Shown: positions 1 to 8,147, counted from the first letter of the stretch. The stretch: 33,630 nucleotides of DNA from Candidatus Bathyarchaeia archaeon (GCA_050010515.1 JBEKKX010000026.1:1-33630), one strand, 5' to 3'. Translations and numbers: made by a program. Notes: generated from the letters alone by a model not told the origin.

Positions 1-74
1 TAGATTTGAAAAAGGCGGATACTGCAAAGAAAATAGGAGAAACTGTAGCGCTCAAAATTGCCTTCAAATCATAA
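1..74 (+). CDS. 3' end of an upstream gene (partial, ...DLKKADTAKKIGETVALKIAFKS*)
   Basis: Open frame from position 3 to TAA at 72-74, followed by AT-rich intergenic DNA; product not identifiable. Confidence 0.35.
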   Translation, partial: DLKKADTAKKIGETVALKIAFKS

Positions 75-346
75 AAAGCAAATAAATACCATTTAAAACC
101 ATTTTTGCAACAAGCTGGCGCGTGCTCTGAGAAGTTGATGAATTGATTATATAACCAACAAACGGCTCTTTTAATAAACACTTAAAGATTCCTTTTATGA
201 TTGACTGTATATGCTATACTCAGAGGTTACAAGCTTTTACTTATTCTTTGATTGTCAGATTTTGCGCTTACGTAGTTCTATTCTTCTTGAGCACAACTAT
301 TTTAAGACCAGAAGAGATACTTAAAAAGTGGAAATGAGGCCATCGA

Positions 347-1486
347 TTGGCAGCCGCATTAATCAGTAATGAAACAGCAAGCACGAAGGAAAGGTTACTC
401 TACATGGACAATCTGAGGCTGCTGGTAATCGTATTGGTAGTCTCAGTTCACTTGGCGGTGACAGTCAGCAACATCGGCAGCTGGTACTACGTTTACAACA
501 CGCATCTGGACACATTATCCACCGTTTGGTTCGCATGGTACCAATCATTTACACAAGGATACTTCTTAGGCCTCTTATTCATGATATCAGGCTATTTCGT
601 TGCAAGCAGCTACGATCGGAAAGGCTTCGGCGGATTCGTCGGAGACAGATTCAAACGCCTAATCATCCCCACGCTAATCTTCATGATAGCAATAGACCCC
701 TTCATTGGATACATAGAACTCGGCAACAAACTAACCAGCTTTAACCTAATCAGCTTTCTCTCAGCCACTGGACCAATGTGGTTCGCCGCGGCGCTCTTCG
801 GCTTTTGCCTAATTTACGGGTTGGTGCGTCTGATGTCCCGCAGGTCCGCATTCGCTTCCGATAGCAAACGTCTCGAGCTGACATTGGGCGTGGTAGTTAG
901 CCTTATTTTGATTATTGCCGTCTTTGCCTTCTTGATTAGGATTGTTCAACCGATCGGGACAAGCATCCTGAACTTTCAGCTCTGCTATTTCTCCTCATAC
1001 ATCGTCCTTTTTATTGTGGGCGTAATAGCTTACAGAAACAATTGGTTAGCCAAGATCAACTATCGGGCTGGAAAAAGATGGGTAATCGGAGCCTTCGGTT
1101 TGGGTTTCCTCGTTTGGTTTGTGCTGGTGGCAGTTGCTACTGCAACCGGAACCACGACTGCCCTGTTGGGAGGGCTGACCTGGCAGAGCGCGGCTTTTTC
1201 ATTATGGGAATCCGCTGTGGCGGTTCTTATGAGCTTAGGATTGATCGCAGTCTTTAGGGAAAAATTCAACCGCCAATCCAAGTTAGTCAAAACACTTTCA
1301 GATAACTCGTTCGCCGTCTACATGTTTCACCCAATGATCATCATCCCAGTCACAATATTGTTCGCTCCGCTTGTGTTGTACCCAGTCGCAAAATGGCTCC
1401 TGCTCTGCGTCATCTGCATTCCATTATGCTTTGCAGCAACGTACTTTGTCTTCCGCAGAATACCATTGTTGAAAAATGTTTTATGA
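347..1486 (+). CDS. Acyltransferase-3 family (OpgC/OafA-like) integral membrane acyltransferase
   Basis: R-x-x-Y-M-D-N-L-R...H motif, F-M-I-S-G-Y-F, RFKRLIIP, GPMWF, SFAVYMFH; about 10 hydrophobic helices; GAGG before the TTG start. Confidence 0.88.
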   Translation: MAAALISNETASTKERLLYMDNLRLLVIVLVVSVHLAVTVSNIGSWYYVYNTHLDTLSTVWFAWYQSFTQGYFLGLLFMISGYFVASSYDRKGFGGFVGDRFKRLIIPTLIFMIAIDPFIGYIELGNKLTSFNLISFLSATGPMWFAAALFGFCLIYGLVRLMSRRSAFASDSKRLELTLGVVVSLILIIAVFAFLIRIVQPIGTSILNFQLCYFSSYIVLFIVGVIAYRNNWLAKINYRAGKRWVIGAFGLGFLVWFVLVAVATATGTTTALLGGLTWQSAAFSLWESAVAVLMSLGLIAVFREKFNRQSKLVKTLSDNSFAVYMFHPMIIIPVTILFAPLVLYPVAKWLLLCVICIPLCFAATYFVFRRIPLLKNVL

Positions 1487-1544
1487 CCTTCAGAATTGGT
1501 GAAGGATGCGCTTAATACTTTAAGCGCATCCCAGCGGGCCCGCT
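1487..1544. repeat. Cluster of inverted repeats just after the acyltransferase stop (possible terminator or protein-binding site)
   Basis: CCTTCA/TGAAGG (1487-1505); perfect 12-bp IR GGATGCGCTTAA-TACT-TTAAGCGCATCC (1504-1531); palindrome AGCGGGCCCGCT (1533-1544). Confidence 0.8.
1528..1543 (+). repeat. tRNA 3'-end-like remnant (tRNA-Arg-type acceptor), att-like scar
   Basis: ATCCCAGCGGGCCCGC reads as T-loop end + T-stem 3' strand + acceptor strand CGGGCCC-G; near-copy at 3611-3632. Confidence 0.55.
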
Positions 1545-1679
1545 TTAATAATCGTCAATTTATCTTCCCAATTCAAATATCCCACGATAGTAAAGAGTTT
1601 TCAATGTTCTTATAATGCCGATCATCATATTTTGTACTGAAATCCTGCATCCTTTCCAGTTCATGAGGTGACATAAATA

Positions 1680-1877
1680 ATGCAATCGCTAAACCAGAAA
1701 AAGGAAATCCTCACCTTTTACTCGCAACCAAGCACCATGACGCTCCCAGGCAAGTACACACAAACAATAAAGAAGTTACCCAATGATATTGCCGAGCTTA
1801 CACGCATTGTACAGGGTCTGGTCCTACACGAATATGTCGCGCCTCCTTTATCCAAAAGTTGTGGTGATAGCCTTTAG
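1680..1877 (+). pseudogene. N-terminal stump of a transglutaminase-like protein, truncated at ~1846
   Basis: Strong RBS GAGGTGA (1665-1671). FYSQPSTMTLPGKY...LPNDIAELTRIVQGLVLHE resembles, from memory, the N-terminus of bacterial transglutaminase-like proteins; the frame then runs into unrelated DNA and stops, with no catalytic core. Confidence 0.55.
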
Positions 1878-1901
1878 CTGTTATTTTATGGGCTTTCTCG
1901 C

Positions 1902-1942
1902 GTGGAATTTAAACGTGGGTGTAAATCTAACATCCCGCGCCA
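1902..1942 (+). repeat. 41-bp perfect direct repeat, copy 1 (degenerate tRNA-Leu-like 3' end ending in CCA)
   Basis: GTGGAATTTAAACGTGGGTGTAAATCTAACATCCCGCGCCA is identical to 3172-3212. Confidence 0.95.
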
Positions 1943-2023
1943 AACTCCTTTTGCCAATTAGAACCCAATTATTGTTTATTTGCGTAAATAAAGCTTAAAA
2001 AGGCTAAGAAATATTTGCGGAGA

Positions 2024-2227
2024 CTACTGAGCGGCAAAGCTCGTTGTGTCCACAAAATAATAGATGCCAACGGCTATGAGACCAACGCCGATGAAGGTAA
2101 GCAGGTAATTTATTGAGGACACTGCGATCAAACTCAAATCAGCTAAGGAGAAGACCCCGTCTTTTGGATTAAACCCAATGATTCGGGCTTTTGAAGTTAC
2201 CGAACTTGGATTCTTTGAACCCTCCAA
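2024..2227 (-). CDS. Small membrane protein or gene fragment
   Basis: 67-aa ORF 3 nt downstream of the GIN gene with a C-terminal hydrophobic helix; no family recognised. Confidence 0.35.
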   Translation of the reverse strand: MEGSKNPSSVTSKARIIGFNPKDGVFSLADLSLIAVSSINYLLTFIGVGLIAVGIYYFVDTTSFAAQ

Positions 2228-2230
2228 AAA

Positions 2231-2980
2231 TTATTTTTTGGTTACTGTGGAGGCACCTGAAGTGCTGATGTTTCCAAGTGTAGGTTGTCCGCTATATTGT
2301 AAGCTTGAAGCACCACTAACATTGGCGTCAAGCCTTCCGCTGAGATTAATAGTCGCGTGGCTTGCCCCGCTAATCTGCATATCTGCGTCGTTTATCGAAA
2401 GACCGCTTATGTTTAGCGTGCTAGCGCCTGAAACAGTTGCCATAAGATCATCTGCTTGACCATTGGCGGTTAATGTAGAAGCGCCCGATAAGTCCACAGT
2501 GATGTTTGTGGCTTGAAAATTGTTCATTTGTAGTGAACTTGCCCCAGCAACATTTGCGTTGAATGGATCCTCGTTGCTGAAATCTGTTGCTATAGCGTGT
2601 GAGGCTCCTGATACCGAAATTGCGCCAAGCTTCGGCATTGTTATTTCGGCTTTCGCAAAGAAAACGCCAACATTAAAGCCAGGTTTTACACCAATTGTCA
2701 GGGTGTTTCCACTCTGAGAAACAACTATCTGATCAAGCGTTCTAGCATTGGCCGTAATAGTTATGCTGTAAGTGTTTGATTGTTTTATGTTGGCAGTTAG
2801 AGCTGAGCTTATGTTGACTTGTGTAAATTGTGAATTTGAATATGTTCTTGTCTCTTGGTTGCCGATAAAATACCAATATGAAAACGCGGCAATTGATATT
2901 ACCACAGCGACAACGACTAAGACTACTATGGCAACCACTAGAAGAGTGCTAAGGGCTTTTCTATCTCTTAGAGACTGCAT
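2231..2980 (-). CDS. GIN-domain (DUF2807, beta-helix adhesin-like) surface protein with an archaeal class III-like signal peptide
   Basis: Repeating (V/L/I)SGAS-x-L/A beta-helix motifs; N-terminus MQSLRDRKA|LSTLLVVAIVV...; alternative TTG start at 3001. Confidence 0.8.
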   Translation of the reverse strand: MQSLRDRKALSTLLVVAIVVLVVVAVVISIAAFSYWYFIGNQETRTYSNSQFTQVNISSALTANIKQSNTYSITITANARTLDQIVVSQSGNTLTIGVKPGFNVGVFFAKAEITMPKLGAISVSGASHAIATDFSNEDPFNANVAGASSLQMNNFQATNITVDLSGASTLTANGQADDLMATVSGASTLNISGLSINDADMQISGASHATINLSGRLDANVSGASSLQYSGQPTLGNISTSGASTVTKK

Positions 2981-3171
2981 ATTCCCCAATTGTTGGTTCA
3001 ATCTATTTAAAACTAACTAATATGTGACGTACAAAACCTCCTCAGGGCAACAATAAATTGCAATGCAGAAAAAACTATTTATTAGTAAGCCTCTCTTTGG
3101 CTTTGCAGTTTCAGCATTGACGGTTGCTCATGGGTTAACTTTGCTAATGCTCTTTTTCAAAGGTTTTTCCT

Positions 3172-3212
3172 GTGGAATTTAAACGTGGGTGTAAATCTAA
3201 CATCCCGCGCCA
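3172..3212 (+). repeat. 41-bp perfect direct repeat, copy 2
   Basis: Identical to 1902-1942; copies are 1270 bp apart. Confidence 0.95.
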
Positions 3213-3450
3213 TTTCCAAATTCAGCTCAATATTTCTGTTAATTTTAGAAACGGAGCCTAAATTATTCTCCGAAAAAATGCGTTACCCCAAAACAATATA
3301 GGGTTTGAAGCCACGCCAACTCTAATCTGACTACAGGGGATGAGCCCGGAGAGTTTTGTCGATGAAAATATTAAAACTCGAGTCTCCCTCAAAAGAAAGA
3401 AAATTGATTTACAAACTTAAAGCTTAAGCGATACAAATAGCGGGATAACT

Positions 3451-3502
3451 ATGAAGTATAGGCAACTGGAGAAAGCGGGCTTAAGGTTTCTGCACGGTTT
3501 AG
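3451..3502 (+). pseudogene. 5' stump of an aldo/keto reductase gene
   Basis: ATG AAG TAT AGG CAA CTG GAG AAA GCG GGC TTA (A)AG GTT TCT GCA..GGT TTA reads MKYRQLEKAGL/KVSA-GL, the typical AKR start MKYRxLGxxGLKVSxxGLG with small indels; ends where repeat 3506-3558 begins. Confidence 0.6.
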
Positions 3503-3505
3503 TGC

Positions 3506-3558
3506 GCCCATCTCCTGTACACTTAGGGCTTGATGTTTAGAGTTCGGTTCCAAAACGG
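3506..3558 (+). repeat. Second repeat family, copy A (imperfect ~55-bp direct repeat)
   Basis: GCCCATCTCCTGTACA...ATGTTTAGAGTTCGGTTCC-AAAACGG aligns with 3763-3818. Confidence 0.75.
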
Positions 3559-3610
3559 ATTTGAATATTAAAAGTCGGCTTGTTAGGTCTAGGAGAGAGT
3601 GAGTTTTCGT

Positions 3611-3632
3611 TTCGAGTCCCAGCGGGCTCGCA
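3611..3632 (+). repeat. tRNA 3'-end-like remnant (tRNA-Arg-type)
   Basis: TTCGAGT CCCAG CGGGCTC G CA reads as a complete T-loop + T-stem 3' strand + acceptor strand; shares TCCCAGCGGGC with 1529-1539. Confidence 0.65.
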
Positions 3633-3762
3633 TAAAAAAGTTACAAGCAATGCTTGATGCTCAATTTTATAAGCCAGTTGCGCTACTGGAGGGTCGGTAA
3701 TATGTATGCAAACCACTTCTTTGAACCCAAAACGGGGAAGGGAATCGTACTTCAACTCAAAA

Positions 3763-3818
3763 GCCCATCCCCAGTACAAAAACTGACATGAATGTATAGA
3801 GTTCGGTTCCCCAAACGG
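3763..3818 (+). repeat. Second repeat family, copy B
   Basis: GCCCATCCCCAGTACA...ATGTATAGAGTTCGGTTCCCCAAACGG. Confidence 0.75.
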
Positions 3819-3953
3819 CGTGGGCGAGACAAGCGAGGTCTAATTAGTTTTGTTGCGTGAGCCAGTTTTGGTTCAAGTTCAGCTCGATCTCATCGTTCAG
3901 AGAGGTTAAAATCTTTAAGCAGGTTCCCTGCATAGTGGTCGTTTGGAAGCAAT

Positions 3954-4862
3954 ATGGACAAGACGGACATGAATTTAATTATGCTTTTGTCAGCTAATTC
4001 CAGAGTGTCCTACGCAGAACTGGCTGAAAAACTCAACCTATCCGTAAACGCTATCCACAAAAGAATCCAACTGCTCATCGAGACAGGAGTAATTCGCAAG
4101 TTCACGGCGAAAGTCAGCCTGCTTAGTGCGAACGCAATGGTGGTTTTTATTTCTGGTATTTCTCAACTAGGCTCTTTTCAAGATTTTCCCGCTAAACTGG
4201 AGGCGCATGGCTCAATTTACTGGCTCGCAGAGGGCAGCGGGAAATTCCTCCAAATAGGTGCTTACTTAAAAAACTTAAGCGAGCTCGTTGGCCTCGTCGA
4301 ATTCTTGAAGAAAGAAGTTGGACTTTCTGAACCAACAATCGGAATAATGGCATCTATCCCCTTTCAAGTTACGGCAAATCCTAAGTCGACTGATCTGACT
4401 CTTTGCGACCTAGACTACAAAATCATACTGTCTCTGAGGGATGATTCGCGCAAAGCTGTTTCAGAAGTGGCAACTGAAGTGGGCGTGTCGGCGAAAACGG
4501 TTCATCGCAGGCTCATGCGTATGACGAAAAATAGCCTGATAGAACTTGGCTTAGAATGGTACCCCGACAAGTCAAACGATACCATAACTCTCCTTGACCT
4601 TCATCTGAAACCCGAAGCCGACATGGGCATCGTGCCCTACCAGATTCTTCGGAAATACGCTCCCAACACGCTGTTTTACTGGTGCTTCGTCAACATCCCA
4701 AACGTCGTAACTTTCACAGTCTGGACCAACAGCATGAATGAACTTCAGAGCCTGCGGGAAAACCTCGAGAAGGAACCAAACGTGGTGTCCATAGTGCCCA
4801 ACATATTGTACACGGGTTACATCTTCAATACGTGGCGAGACCAACTAGTCGAAAATCATTAG
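3954..4862 (+). CDS. Tandem (double HTH) Lrp/AsnC-family transcriptional regulator
   Basis: Two AsnC-type HTH modules: MDKTD...NSRVSYAELAEKLNLSVNAIHKRI and DLDYKI...DSRKAVSEVATEVGVSAKTVHRRL. Confidence 0.88.
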   Translation: MDKTDMNLIMLLSANSRVSYAELAEKLNLSVNAIHKRIQLLIETGVIRKFTAKVSLLSANAMVVFISGISQLGSFQDFPAKLEAHGSIYWLAEGSGKFLQIGAYLKNLSELVGLVEFLKKEVGLSEPTIGIMASIPFQVTANPKSTDLTLCDLDYKIILSLRDDSRKAVSEVATEVGVSAKTVHRRLMRMTKNSLIELGLEWYPDKSNDTITLLDLHLKPEADMGIVPYQILRKYAPNTLFYWCFVNIPNVVTFTVWTNSMNELQSLRENLEKEPNVVSIVPNILYTGYIFNTWRDQLVENH

Positions 4863-4907
4863 TTCCACTTCTTCAACCGTCCGTGTGACAAAAGGGTCTT
4901 CCGCAGC

Positions 4908-4926
4908 TTTTTTTGTTCTCTTTTTT
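4908..4926 (+). terminator. Oligo-T archaeal terminator candidate
   Basis: T-rich tract (two T runs separated by GTTCTC) ~45 nt after the Lrp stop. Confidence 0.4.
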
Positions 4927-5003
4927 GCATGCAACAGTTGACATGAAACTAAATTCTCCAAAACCAACCTACGTTCATAAATCAAAATGGGAAGTAATCA
5001 AAC

Positions 5004-5750
5004 ATGAACGAATCATCAATAGCAATCGAGCATCTTAGCAAGAAATACCAAGACGTAACCGCATTAGACGACCTTACCCTACAAGTTGGAAAAGGCGAAC
5101 TCTTTGGACTATTGGGACCGAACGGAGCAGGCAAAACCACCACCATAAACATTCTCTGCGGACTCATGAAACCCACTACTGGTACAGCCACTGTTTGCGG
5201 CCACGATGTCTTAAGGGAATCCGCTAAGATCAGAGACCTAATTGGCGTCTGCACTCAAGAAACCGCAATTTACACCTACCTGACTGGGGCAGAAAACGTG
5301 GATCTCTTCGGCAACCTATATGCAATGGATAAAGCCGAGCTTAACGCAAGACGAAGAATGCTCCTCACAAAGATGGGTCTCGCTGAGGACGCAAAGAGAA
5401 GAGCTGGCAAATACAGCGGCGGCATGAAACGACGATTAAGTTTAATACTCGCCCTAATTAGCGACCCCCAAATAGCCTTTCTTGATGAGCCTACAGTTGC
5501 CCTGGATCCTCAGTCCCGCCACGTGGTCTGGGATTTTCTAAAAGAGCTGAAAAGAGAAGAGAAAACCATCATCTTGACAACGCATTACATGGAAGAAGCA
5601 GAAGAACTCTGTGATAGAGTGGGAATAATTGATCATGGAAAACTCATCGCTCTGGGTACTCCCAAAGAACTGATTGCCAAAAATCAAGTGAACAATCTGG
5701 AAGAGTTATTTCTCAAACTAACTGGAAGAACCATGAGGGAGGAAGCGTAA
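5004..5750 (+). CDS. ABC-2 type exporter ATP-binding subunit (DrrA-like)
   Basis: Walker A GPNGAGKT, signature YSGGM, Walker B FLDEP, H-loop TTHYMEEA. Confidence 0.95.
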   Translation: MNESSIAIEHLSKKYQDVTALDDLTLQVGKGELFGLLGPNGAGKTTTINILCGLMKPTTGTATVCGHDVLRESAKIRDLIGVCTQETAIYTYLTGAENVDLFGNLYAMDKAELNARRRMLLTKMGLAEDAKRRAGKYSGGMKRRLSLILALISDPQIAFLDEPTVALDPQSRHVVWDFLKELKREEKTIILTTHYMEEAEELCDRVGIIDHGKLIALGTPKELIAKNQVNNLEELFLKLTGRTMREEA

Positions 5751-6908
5751 ATGAAACTGCAAAGAATAGCCGCTCTCACCAAGAAAGAACTAAAGAAAAC
5801 AATCCGTGAACCTGCAGTGCTCTTCATGATTTTTCTGTTTCCAATTGTCTTCGTCTTCGCTTTTGGAGCTTCTTTCGGCGGAGTCGGCAGTAGTCAAACA
5901 GTTACCTACCATATTGGCGTAGTCAATATGGATACTGGAAGCTCAGTGAATGCTTCGCAAACATTTCTTGCCGCATTGACCGATACGAAAATAGTAAACG
6001 TCCACGTCTATGTTGACAATCAAACGGCGCAAAATGACCTCTCACAAGGCAACGTGCAAGCAGTGATGATAATTCCCTCGGACTTTAGCCAAAGCTTGGC
6101 TTCATACCAGGTAGCACCTAACAACCCAGTCCAATGGACAAACGCGACTGTTTCACTGTACTTAGATAAAGGTTCTTTAGTTGCCACCCAAGCCATACCT
6201 CCAATCATACAGCAAACCCTAACAGCCATAGCTGGCCAGGGTCAGCAAACTTCTAGCCCATTCCAACTGCAAACCGCATCATTAGTAGAAGTGAAGACTA
6301 CCTCTGCGCTGGATTTCATTGCTCCAGGAATGTTCACGTTTGCATCGATATTTCTCATAATGATGGTTGCCCAATCATTCACTCAGGACAAAGAAAACGG
6401 CATGATGAAACGCATCCGCATAACGCCAACAACACCGACAGAGTTCATGTCCAGCCAAGTAATTTCCTACATGGGCATAGCGTTAATCCAAGCTGCTTTA
6501 GTATTTACAATGACGTATGCTTTAGGCTTCAGACCAAGCATTGGTATATCCACTTACGTATTCGCTTTCATGCTGGTACTGATATTCTCAGTGTCAAACG
6601 TAGGGTTCGGCTTGATCACGGCGACCATCTCAAAATCCGCGGGTGCGGCAACAGGCTTAAGTTTTCTTTTCGTGATGCCTCAACTGTTCCTTGGCACATT
6701 CGTCGGAGCATCACTTTCTTCAGGCGCTCAAGTTGCAGGAAAATTCGTACCCAGCTACTATGTTACCAATGCTTTGACTTCACTGTTCCTTAGGGGTGCT
6801 GCTATCACCAGCCCGGCGATACTGCTTGACTTTGGTGTAGTGTCTGTTTCGTGCTTGGCTATATTAGCTGTGGGCGTAGCGCTTTACGCGAAATACTACA
6901 AAGTCTAA
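5751..6908 (+). CDS. ABC-2 type exporter permease with extracytoplasmic domain
   Basis: Abuts the ATPase; KKELK...REP N-terminus, 1+5 TM layout, DKENGMMKRIRITP motif. Confidence 0.92.
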   Translation: MKLQRIAALTKKELKKTIREPAVLFMIFLFPIVFVFAFGASFGGVGSSQTVTYHIGVVNMDTGSSVNASQTFLAALTDTKIVNVHVYVDNQTAQNDLSQGNVQAVMIIPSDFSQSLASYQVAPNNPVQWTNATVSLYLDKGSLVATQAIPPIIQQTLTAIAGQGQQTSSPFQLQTASLVEVKTTSALDFIAPGMFTFASIFLIMMVAQSFTQDKENGMMKRIRITPTTPTEFMSSQVISYMGIALIQAALVFTMTYALGFRPSIGISTYVFAFMLVLIFSVSNVGFGLITATISKSAGAATGLSFLFVMPQLFLGTFVGASLSSGAQVAGKFVPSYYVTNALTSLFLRGAAITSPAILLDFGVVSVSCLAILAVGVALYAKYYKV

Positions 6909-6932
6909 GTCACTCTATCTGGTGAACAAAAA

Positions 6933-7316
6933 ATGAATCAGACCAAACCAGTAGACACGAAGGCGCTGATGGAAGAGGCAAAAACATCTAGAGACAAAGA
7001 AGCCTACAAACTGCTGGAAAAGACTCCATCGTATCGGATCGGCGTCGGTGTTAGGATCGAACCGCCGAATCCGCCTTCTTTTTTCATTGAGGTAATTGTT
7101 AAGCTTTCCACGGAAAACAGCGAAGTAAATCTGGCACGCCTAGAAAAAACCTTACGTTTGCTAAAAGCGCTGCAAACAAGAGGCTACTCCTTGACTTATC
7201 AAGACGACACCAGCATCTCTTGCGAAACAACAACATCAATCAATGAAATATCTCAAGAATATACTACAGCAAAGTCGTTAATGAATTCTCGGAACATTGG
7301 CTTCATTGGTTCTTAA
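6933..7316 (+). CDS. Hypothetical protein (127 aa)
   Basis: GGTGA RBS, co-oriented 24 nt after the permease. Confidence 0.65.
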   Translation: MNQTKPVDTKALMEEAKTSRDKEAYKLLEKTPSYRIGVGVRIEPPNPPSFFIEVIVKLSTENSEVNLARLEKTLRLLKALQTRGYSLTYQDDTSISCETTTSINEISQEYTTAKSLMNSRNIGFIGS

Positions 7317-7664
7317 GCAGTTGAAAGTGGAGTGGCAAGGCCAGAAACAGAAGTACCATTCAAATGTTCTGCAAAAGTTCAAAAGCATGATGATCTCAAC
7401 GTACCTCGTAGGTGCATTGTTTTTAGTTTCTGCCGCTCCGAATTTTTTGGGTTCCTACGCTGATCGGTAATGTGAGGTTCATTTTCTGGTATTCATCTTT
7501 CTTGATCGGTTTGGTTTCACGCAGTATTATCCGTCGGAAAAACACTAAGTCATAAAAAAGGATAAGTGACCGGCAATTAAAAGAGTTTGAAAGGGTTCCG
7601 CCAGACTTTGGGTTCGGGGCCAGCGGTTCCACGTTTAAATTTTTACTGGTAAAAAGGTGCTGGG

Positions 7665-7682
7665 ATCCCCCGCCCAACACCA
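7665..7682 (+). repeat. Possible tRNA 3'-end-like remnant
   Basis: ATCCCCCGCCCAACACCA has tRNA 3' geometry (AT-5-7-N-CCA); also part of the IR GGTGCTGGG/CCCAACACC. Confidence 0.4.
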
Positions 7683-7786
7683 GTTGAATATTTTCAATAA
7701 CACGGTGAAAATGCTATCTGACCCTTTGAGGCGCGGATTAATTCTTTTCTTTTAGTAACGGTTTTGAACCCAAATGGGTTTAGGGA

Positions 7787-7801
7787 CGGGCAGCCCCACC
7801 A
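7787..7801 (+). repeat. tRNA 3'-end-like remnant (tRNA-Pro-type)
   Basis: CGGG CAGCCCC A CCA followed by an AT-rich tract. Confidence 0.45.
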
Positions 7802-8147
7802 AGTTTATTTTGTTCTTAGATAATTCGAAGTTATTTACTGAATAGCCTGCTGAGAATTGAGTCATTAAGTGTTTTAAGTGGTTTTCAAACGTATTTGAAA
7901 GATTAAACCCTAAATCTTCGATTTTTCGACTAATTCTTTGTCAAGATAAAGCTCAACATTGCCCTTAGTTGTCATTGCATTCGCATCCGAGGGCAGGCAA
8001 GGGGAAGAACTGTGTTATATGTTTGGTCATTGTTTTTCCTACGAAAACACAATATGCTGCTTAACTTTGTGTATTTTTGTTGTACACATCTACAAGTTGG
8101 ATTAGAAGTTCAGAACGTTTATTATTGATTCTTTCCTCAAAAATCAT

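Noticed and set aside
3309-3319. AGCCACGCCAA repeated at 9234-9244, tRNA-end-like
   Set aside because: Too short and lacks T-arm/acceptor geometry
3328-3390. Hairpin GAGTTTT/AAAACTC with GATGA...GAAA, suggesting a hammerhead or riboswitch
   Set aside because: Core CTGAnGA and the required stems are not properly formed; weak AT-rich stem
3736-3749. 14-bp match GGAAGGGAATCGTA to the minus-strand start region of mgsA (~9082-9095)
   Set aside because: A few 14-mer matches are expected by chance in 33 kb; no flanking similarity
3537-3779. 80-aa minus-strand ORF, and likewise 7423-7680, 1783-1998 and 24933-25142
   Set aside because: They run across repeats or the structured element, have weak starts and no recognisable motifs
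1902-3818. CRISPR array
   Set aside because: Only two copies per repeat family, spaced by hundreds to more than 1000 bp; no cas genes
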